Part shown: positions 58,372 through 64,000 of the stretch, piece after piece
How positions within the stretch are numbered: position 1 is the stretch's first letter
Layout of the letters: every line of letters begins with the position of its first letter
Virus record (IMG/VR): IMGVR_UViG_3300032053_005343
Span: 73,012 to 137,011 of that record
DNA: 64,000 nucleotides
Source: a virus
Direction: 5' to 3' (one strand)
Made by a program: the position numbers and the translations under genes
Notes under the pieces: model-generated
Told to the model about the DNA's origin: nothing
Seen by the model: only the letters and a program-made list of their open reading frames with translations
The model's database searches: none

Positions 58372-58689
58372 TTAATTAAATATCTGTTTGAAAATATCGT
58401 CTCGTTTTTTATCTACCGAATCCTTTTGACGAGATCTTTGCATATTGTCTTCCCACTCTTCGCGGGATATCTGGTGATCTGCAAAAGATTTCATAGGACA
58501 AATTTTTTGATGAGAAATACATTCTCTCAAAGTATCATTTGCAATATATTGATCCCAAAAAGGAGCAGGAATAAAAGACCACGCCATAGAACATGGTTTA
58601 TGCGTTACTACATTAGAATCCCCAATAAATTCCCATTCGTCCCAGTCTATTTCCTCAGTTAAATATTCCATTGTTATCTCCATATTCAT
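58372..58689 (-). CDS. Hypothetical protein
   Basis: 105 aa ORF. Confidence 0.5.
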   Translation of the reverse strand: MNMEITMEYLTEEIDWDEWEFIGDSNVVTHKPCSMAWSFIPAPFWDQYIANDTLRECISHQKICPMKSFADHQISREEWEDNMQRSRQKDSVDKKRDDIFKQIFN

Positions 58690-58891
58690 TTAACCGCTTT
58701 AAATCAAATAGTTCGTTAAGACTTGCTTGTGAGTCGAGCAATAAATATTCTATAGACATGGCCAAATGTTGTAATAATAGTTCGGTTTCGTCAACATGCT
58801 TAGAGGATAGCTTCTTGTTGGTAATCTCTACATCAGAACCCATTTTTTGGAGGATTCTTCTTAGTTCACACCGCACTTGTTTGTCTTGCAC
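58655..58891 (-). CDS. Hypothetical protein
   Basis: 78 aa ORF. Confidence 0.5.
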   Translation of the reverse strand: MQDKQVRCELRRILQKMGSDVEITNKKLSSKHVDETELLLQHLAMSIEYLLLDSQASLNELFDLKRLNEYGDNNGIFN

Positions 58892-59648
58892 GCACTATTT
58901 CCTTTTCTTTTGTTTTTAAAACAAATTTTAATTGATTTATTGCATATGGGATAAAATATGCTTTTATTAGCTTTTCCAGAGATTTAAAGATATTGTTTTT
59001 CGCATTTAAATATGTATTATAATTTTTAATTCCGCCAAATTTCAACATATCAGAGATTAATTGATCCATATTTAAACTTATACCATAATTGCAAGAATAA
59101 AGATATATTGATTTTAAATCTTTTGAAGAAAATTTTAAAAGTTGTATTAAATTATTTATTGCATTATTTGCAGGAGATTTATATAAAATATCATTAATTT
59201 TACGATCAGCTATTTGGTTTATCATTTGATTTAAAAGTAAAGCCAATCGCTTAAATATTATAGATTTTTCACTTATTTTTATTGTTGGTTTACCATTTTT
59301 ATCTATTAAAACTCTTTCATAATATAAAGACAATATCTTTTCTTTTTTATCAACTATCCAAAACCAGCCATCTATTTGTTTTAATTTTACGGGACTATAT
59401 TTTTCCATTCGTGATTTTGTTAGATTTGTTAATTGTCCATTTGTAGATAATCTGAATAATCCGTTTGGCAGTATGGTAATTATTGGTGTAGAATATAAAT
59501 TAATTATAAAAGATTTATTGACTTTTTCTAAGGTCACATTTTTTTCTAGAGGAACCGTATTTTTTTCTAGTTGGTCCTCTTGGGTTATTGGGAATTCTTT
59601 TCCTTTGCTCTTTTTTGTAAATAGCTCATTTGCTTCTTGGTAATTCAT
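58866..59648 (-). CDS. Hypothetical phage protein
   Basis: 260 aa ORF; L.TNG..T..TKSRM motif. Confidence 0.6.
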   Translation of the reverse strand: MNYQEANELFTKKSKGKEFPITQEDQLEKNTVPLEKNVTLEKVNKSFIINLYSTPIITILPNGLFRLSTNGQLTNLTKSRMEKYSPVKLKQIDGWFWIVDKKEKILSLYYERVLIDKNGKPTIKISEKSIIFKRLALLLNQMINQIADRKINDILYKSPANNAINNLIQLLKFSSKDLKSIYLYSCNYGISLNMDQLISDMLKFGGIKNYNTYLNAKNNIFKSLEKLIKAYFIPYAINQLKFVLKTKEKEIVRARQTSAV

Positions 59649-60294
59649 TTTTAGTTCTCCAATTATGGCGGGTGTCTGGTGGAATTGTTAGGGCTTCTTC
59701 GGGAGTCCAACCGGCGGCTAATCTGCGTCTAATAGTAGCCTTATGGATTCCGGTTATTTCTGATGCTTCTGCTATACAGATTTCCTTTCCTTTGTATGGT
59801 ATTAAATGATTTGATCTTCTGTTTCTTGCTTGTTCTTTTCTCGTAGATAGTCTACAATTTTTCGGAGAATACCCGTTTTTTAATTTATTGTTATTTATTC
59901 TGTCTAGTTCATATCCTTTAGGAATTTCCCCAATATCCTCTAAGAAATTTTTGAATCCTCGCCCATCTGGTTCTGTCCATCTTGAACAAATTGTAATACC
60001 TCGACCACCATAATTTTTATATGATTTATGAAGAGGGTTTTCACATCTTTGTTTCATACTATCCCATGCACTAAATGTTTTTGAGGATATTTTATATTTA
60101 GTATGCCCATGTTTAAAACGTAAACATCCACAGCTTTTAGTTTTATTGGTTTGTAGACTATTGCCACTAATTATCTTTTGTTTTCCACAATCACATAAAC
60201 ACAACCATTGTGAGCGATTATATTTATTGTTTTCTAGTCGTTTGATAACTATTAAATTTCCAAATCTTTCACCAATTAGATTTAATACTTTCAT
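59626..60294 (-). CDS. DLxG-family HNH-like endonuclease
   Basis: NLIGERFGNL, CLCDCG, LDRINNNK..GYSPKNC. Confidence 0.85.
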   Translation of the reverse strand: MKVLNLIGERFGNLIVIKRLENNKYNRSQWLCLCDCGKQKIISGNSLQTNKTKSCGCLRFKHGHTKYKISSKTFSAWDSMKQRCENPLHKSYKNYGGRGITICSRWTEPDGRGFKNFLEDIGEIPKGYELDRINNNKLKNGYSPKNCRLSTRKEQARNRRSNHLIPYKGKEICIAEASEITGIHKATIRRRLAAGWTPEEALTIPPDTRHNWRTKNELPRSK

Positions 60295-60536
60295 TGATTT
60301 ACACTTTGATTTTGTTTACTATATAGAAAATCTCCAGCATCTCCCAGGTCGTACCCTAATTTTCTCAAAATACTGCTGCCTTTGCGCTTGCGATCGCTTG
60401 ATGCCTTTAATTGATTAGACATCGCGCCAAGAATTCCTTTGTTAATTTTTACAATCACTGTTCCCTCTTCCATATTTCTTTCGAGAATCTCATAAGCATG
60501 ATTCACGTCTTTGATTTGAGTCGTCTCTTCTGTCAT
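60291..60536 (-). CDS. Hypothetical protein
   Basis: AAGGAG RBS, ATGA overlap. Confidence 0.55.
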   Translation of the reverse strand: MTEETTQIKDVNHAYEILERNMEEGTVIVKINKGILGAMSNQLKASSDRKRKGSSILRKLGYDLGDAGDFLYSKQNQSVNQ

Positions 60537-60812
60537 CGGATCACTCCTTCTAAAAAAAGTAAATGAAAACCAACTACGTTACACCATATTTATATTTTTA
60601 TCGTGTCTTTAACATTGGTTGTATATGAACAGATTTAGGATTCATTTCTAGATCATACTCGTCTATATCTCTTCCGGTGCCGGGGCCAAAATTTTCTTTT
60701 AATTCTTTTCTGTTTGGTTTGTTATTTTTATCACATTGTATAACGATCACTTCGTCTATTCCACTATATACTGCCAACATACTATCTCTCCTTTAAAAAA
60801 CATCAACATTAC

Positions 60813-60819
60813 ATTATAC
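60813..60819 (-). promoter_or_regulatory. Candidate -10-like promoter element GTATAAT (also at 18563, 28600, 29179, 34216, 41819)
   Basis: ATTATAC on + strand in or next to intergenic gaps just upstream of minus-strand starts. Confidence 0.4.
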
Positions 60820-61072
60820 GAAAACTTATTGTATAATTCGAGGAAATTTTATTATTAGGACGTTCATCTCAAATATTCTTTTAATTCTTCCTCGTTTTTT
60901 CCAGTCGGATCAAAACCCTCTTGAATTTCGCAAAGAATTCGTTTTATTTTATTAGCTTTTAACATTACCACCTGTGTTGGAGTTAACGGGCTTGATTTTA
61001 TTTCTGGAATACTTTGTATACATTTATTGTCTTTGAAATAGCACCAGTAAAACATTATTTAATTCTCCAAAT

Positions 61073-61323
61073 TTAATACAACACAATTCCAAGTCCCATA
61101 TTATCTTGCCTTAATTTAAAAATTGAAAAATCTGGCATTGATTCTGGATCTTCCTGGGCCTGACGCAAAGGGCCGGTATAAGATCGGAAACACTGTCCGT
61201 CACGATGGCGAAGGTGGTTTTTCCAAACATTCCTCTTCCAGAATAATTGTCTCGTATTTCGACAGGATATATGTCGTCATTATCTAGTGCGCATTTAAAA
61301 AAATTTGCCTGTTCTTTAGTCAT
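61073..61323 (-). pseudogene. Hypothetical phage gene (YSGRGM..G / DNMG.G..Y type) with a frameshift near 61170
   Basis: Plausible C-terminus RQAQEDPESM...DNMGLGIVLY* lies in another frame. Confidence 0.6.
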
Positions 61324-61537
61324 CTCGTTCCTCCGGTCTTTCTAAAAGACAAATGCGTTCTTCTAATCCTGTAAGGATTCGGGCGGTTGCCCACAATTGA
61401 TCGACCACATTATCATTACAAAAAATTTCTCCTGCAATTTCTGATGGATCTTGTCTATACGTTCCGCATTTACATTCTTTAAATTTTCCATCTTCCATAT
61501 AATTTGTTTTTTGTCTGCAATTAAAACAAAATTCCAT
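61316..61537 (-). CDS. Small Cys-containing hypothetical protein
   Basis: CFNC, CKCG. Confidence 0.5.
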   Translation of the reverse strand: MEFCFNCRQKTNYMEDGKFKECKCGTYRQDPSEIAGEIFCNDNVVDQLWATARILTGLEERICLLERPEERDD

Positions 61538-61974
61538 TATACCCTCCTGTGGTCAAATAGTTCCTGATTTAAGAAGCTGTTATAAAAATAATCCCACGTA
61601 ACTTTGTAAAGAAGTATATTTCTTCCGTTTATTGTTAAACAGTGTAGGGTTCTCCAGTTATATTTTGACTCATTTTTTAAAGTTCCAAACATCACTTTGA
61701 AAGACGGTTCTTTATTCCATATTTTTAATTTTCCTGTTTTTTTATGAATAGAAACACTTACTTCTTTTATCGAAATATTTTTATGTTTTATAGGTTTTTC
61801 TATAATATAATTGTCTAATTTTAGAATTTTTCTAATAAAATTTTTAAAATCTTTGGGATTGATCAGAATCCTATCGTCTGCCGAAGTGGTTTCATCGGTG
61901 GAAAATTCTAATCCTTCTGTAGATTCAAAAACATATAATCCTTCCGGATTTGAAGTACAACGGATATAAGACAT
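61537..61974 (-). CDS. Hypothetical protein
   Basis: 145 aa ORF. Confidence 0.55.
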   Translation of the reverse strand: MSYIRCTSNPEGLYVFESTEGLEFSTDETTSADDRILINPKDFKNFIRKILKLDNYIIEKPIKHKNISIKEVSVSIHKKTGKLKIWNKEPSFKVMFGTLKNESKYNWRTLHCLTINGRNILLYKVTWDYFYNSFLNQELFDHRRV

Positions 61975-61977
61975 TGT

Positions 61978-62577
61978 TTATCCCTTCAATAATTTATATC
62001 CCCACGAGTCGATTCTGTTATCTGGTTTTGCATCTCTTTTTTCTATAGTTCTATTTAGATTAAACTTTTTGGTAATTGCTTCTATCATTTTTTCTGCTTT
62101 ATATATAAGTTCTTCGCAATAATCGGGAGACAATGTAAAAGTTATTAATCCCACCCTACTCCAGTTTATTTTTGGTTTTTCGTTACAAACTTTTGTCTTA
62201 TTTTTTAATTTTTCTTGAGCCTTTTCCCAATCCCATTCTTCTGGAAAATGTGGTTGATACCATCTGAATTGCTTGTACCATTTCTGGGGAATCTTCCACA
62301 TAAAATTCCCGCAGTCGATTTTTTTACCACGAGCTATATTAAAATAGTAATCATGATGAGTATCGACATGAATAATGTTCATTGGTAATGACAGATCGCC
62401 TTCTTTAATAGCTTTTCTCAGGGGGCGAAGAACCTCGTGATGCTCTATAGTTAAGAAACACCTAATATTGTTTGGAATTGATTTTAAAAATCTGTCAAAA
62501 CTTATTCTTTTACCCCTTTTCCAGGACAGAGGAGCCCAATAATCAAGATCAATACTCACCCACGTATCTTTAATCAT
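61978..62577 (-). CDS. UPF0489/arginase-deacetylase-like protein
   Basis: SIDLDYW, EHH, HVDTHHD, CGNF, SPDY. Confidence 0.6.
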   Translation of the reverse strand: MIKDTWVSIDLDYWAPLSWKRGKRISFDRFLKSIPNNIRCFLTIEHHEVLRPLRKAIKEGDLSLPMNIIHVDTHHDYYFNIARGKKIDCGNFMWKIPQKWYKQFRWYQPHFPEEWDWEKAQEKLKNKTKVCNEKPKINWSRVGLITFTLSPDYCEELIYKAEKMIEAITKKFNLNRTIEKRDAKPDNRIDSWGYKLLKG

Positions 62578-62583
62578 AAATAT

Positions 62584-63012
62584 TTATCTCCTAGAAAGTC
62601 TGTCCACCGGATATGGCCAGATTGCTATGTTAGGAATCTCTCTCCATCCAAATTTACTATAATATTCATAATTTTTCGCAAGTAATATGGCTCGGTAAGC
62701 AGAATGATACTTTTCTGTGCCAAGCCACGACGGATACACCACAATATTTTTGTCGGGCAAATCAGATAGTTTCATGGTATTGTTATATCCACGATTTATC
62801 CATTCTTTGATCATACAATTCATATATTGTGCTAAGGCGGGAAGATGTCCGGTCCACATACGACTAGCTGGGTGATTTTTCCATCCGTTTTTAACTGGAT
62901 TTAAAAAGCCGTCTAGAATTTGGCGTGCTTCTACTCGTTGCTTAGAAAGTCTTCTCCAGTCCAAGATCTTTGCTGTTTCCATAAAGCTGGGAACTGGTAA
63001 AAATGTCTGCAC
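62584..63012 (-). CDS. Pyrimidine-dimer DNA glycosylase-like protein (T4 endoV/MSMEG_6728 family)
   Basis: (M)QTFLP, LDWRRLSKQRVEARQI, W.NHPA.RMW.G, EW..RGY. Confidence 0.85.
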   Translation of the reverse strand: MQTFLPVPSFMETAKILDWRRLSKQRVEARQILDGFLNPVKNGWKNHPASRMWTGHLPALAQYMNCMIKEWINRGYNNTMKLSDLPDKNIVVYPSWLGTEKYHSAYRAILLAKNYEYYSKFGWREIPNIAIWPYPVDRLSRR

Positions 63013-63277
63013 CAGGATCTCCTCCTAGAACTTGTATCAAATCTCTAAGTCTATTTATTGTGTCTGGTTCTCTTTTTATAGATTGTTCAAAATTTGATAA
63101 ACCTATTAAATATTCATATGGCGGAACTAAAAACCCCCTTAAGTCTTTGTCGCTTTCCGGAGTTGCTGTTCCGTATAAATTCGATCCTCCGACACATAAT
63201 AAATCTGGGTTTTTTATTTTTTCTTCTAATGCCTTTTCTTTGTTCATGTTATGTCCACATGTATTTTCTAATATCAA
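62942..63277 (-). pseudogene. Truncated Pol-beta-superfamily nucleotidyltransferase
   Basis: GSNLYGT.TP.SD.D.RG motif; similarity ends after EPDT. Confidence 0.65.
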
Positions 63278-63737
63278 GAATTTCCCTTAATTTCTTTTCG
63301 AGTTCTTCTTCCATTGCCCGGTCTCTTGCGTGAATAATATTCATTTTTGCTTGATCTGAATCTGAAAATGGTTTCATTTCATAGATGCCAGGACGATTCG
63401 GATCTTTAATAAACATTTCATCCCAATTTTTTGTATAATCTAGTTCAATTCCTTCCCACGGGTCATATTTTAGATAAATATTGTGGAACCAATCATTTAA
63501 TTCATCCATTTTATCGCGGGCTTTACGATGCTCTGGGTCGGAATCCCAATCTATAATTAGGTCCGGTTTTTCTTTTTTAATAAAATCATCTAAAATAGTG
63601 AACATGGCATGTACCATAATATGGTCACGATCTGTCCAGGTATAAGGGAGCGATTTAATTTTAACCACATTATATGGATGAAAAAGTTTGCATTTTAACC
63701 AATACCATAAATCATGGATTTTTCTTCTAATAATCAT
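63249..63737 (-). CDS. Hypothetical phage protein
   Basis: W.D.D..M..A.F..L.DF..E; R.YMWT end. Confidence 0.6.
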   Translation of the reverse strand: MIIRRKIHDLWYWLKCKLFHPYNVVKIKSLPYTWTDRDHIMVHAMFTILDDFIKKEKPDLIIDWDSDPEHRKARDKMDELNDWFHNIYLKYDPWEGIELDYTKNWDEMFIKDPNRPGIYEMKPFSDSDQAKMNIIHARDRAMEEELEKKLREILDIRKYMWT

Positions 63738-64000
63738 TTGTTTCCCCTATTTACATGTTTCCAAGAATTATCATTTATTATTCCCCAAATTACTCTTTGG
63801 GTAACATTAAAAATTTTTGCAATTTTTCTTTGAGATAATCCCTGTTCGTGTAACTTTTTAATTTTTGGTATGTTTAATTCTACTAATTTTGCATTTCCGT
63901 ATTTTGATCCTCTCGCTTTATTAAATCTAGTGCCGTGTTTGATTTGATCATCTATATTATTTTGACGAGTATCCCATTTTAAATTACACAGTCTATTATC
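63734..64000 (-). CDS. HNH endonuclease, NUMOD4-type C-terminal part (5' end outside window)
   Basis: DNRLCNLKWDT..N..D..KHGT..GSKYGNAKL..SQRKIAKIF..WKHV. Confidence 0.85.
   Translation of the reverse strand, partial: DNRLCNLKWDTRQNNIDDQIKHGTRFNKARGSKYGNAKLVELNIPKIKKLHEQGLSQRKIAKIFNVTQRVIWGIINDNSWKHVNRGNK

Noticed and set aside
1687-63333. Many plus-strand ORFs in the six-frame track
   Set aside because: All are antisense shadows of well-supported minus-strand genes, rich in F/L/S/I, with no recognisable motifs.
1-64000. Alternative genetic code (stop-codon reassignment, as in some large phages)
   Set aside because: Core genes are full length in the standard code, and TGA, TAG and TAA all act as real stops at tight gene junctions.
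1-64000. CRISPR array, tRNA or rRNA genes
   Set aside because: Intergenic gaps are short, and by eye none shows spaced direct repeats or a cloverleaf; a tRNAscan/Infernal run would be needed to exclude small RNAs fully.

Overview
A very AT-rich 64 kb segment of a large dsDNA bacteriophage (replication, nucleotide-metabolism and early/accessory region). Every credible gene is on the minus strand and reads in the standard code. Core genes: C-terminally truncated DnaE, primase, DnaB, RecA, RNase H, ATP-dependent DNA ligase, two Cas4/RecB-like nucleases, intein-containing class II ribonucleotide reductase, dCMP deaminase, ThyX, dNMP kinase, intein-containing IMPDH/GMP reductase, sigma factor, ClpP, adenine methyltransferase, an orphan BrxL, an RNA-repair kinase plus phosphatase-ligase, and a Ycf46-AAA/DUF3150/DUF1257/DUF2997 set. 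The dominant feature is about 24 free-standing HNH/GIY-YIG endonuclease genes plus 2 inteins (about 27% of the window by my hand tally). The most notable observations are: (i) a stranded, diverged copy of the guaB N-terminus upstream of an inserted HNH gene, which may record how the element inserted; (ii) an acidic, nuclease-less derivative of the most abundant endonuclease family; (iii) that family's uniform His-to-Arg change and its fusions to other nucleases; (iv) a split DnaE with an internal insertion; (v) a candidate phage histone-fold protein; (vi) a shared C-terminal R-[KR]-[IV]-[IV]-x tail on unrelated proteins. All family assignments come from motif recognition by eye; no searches were run.
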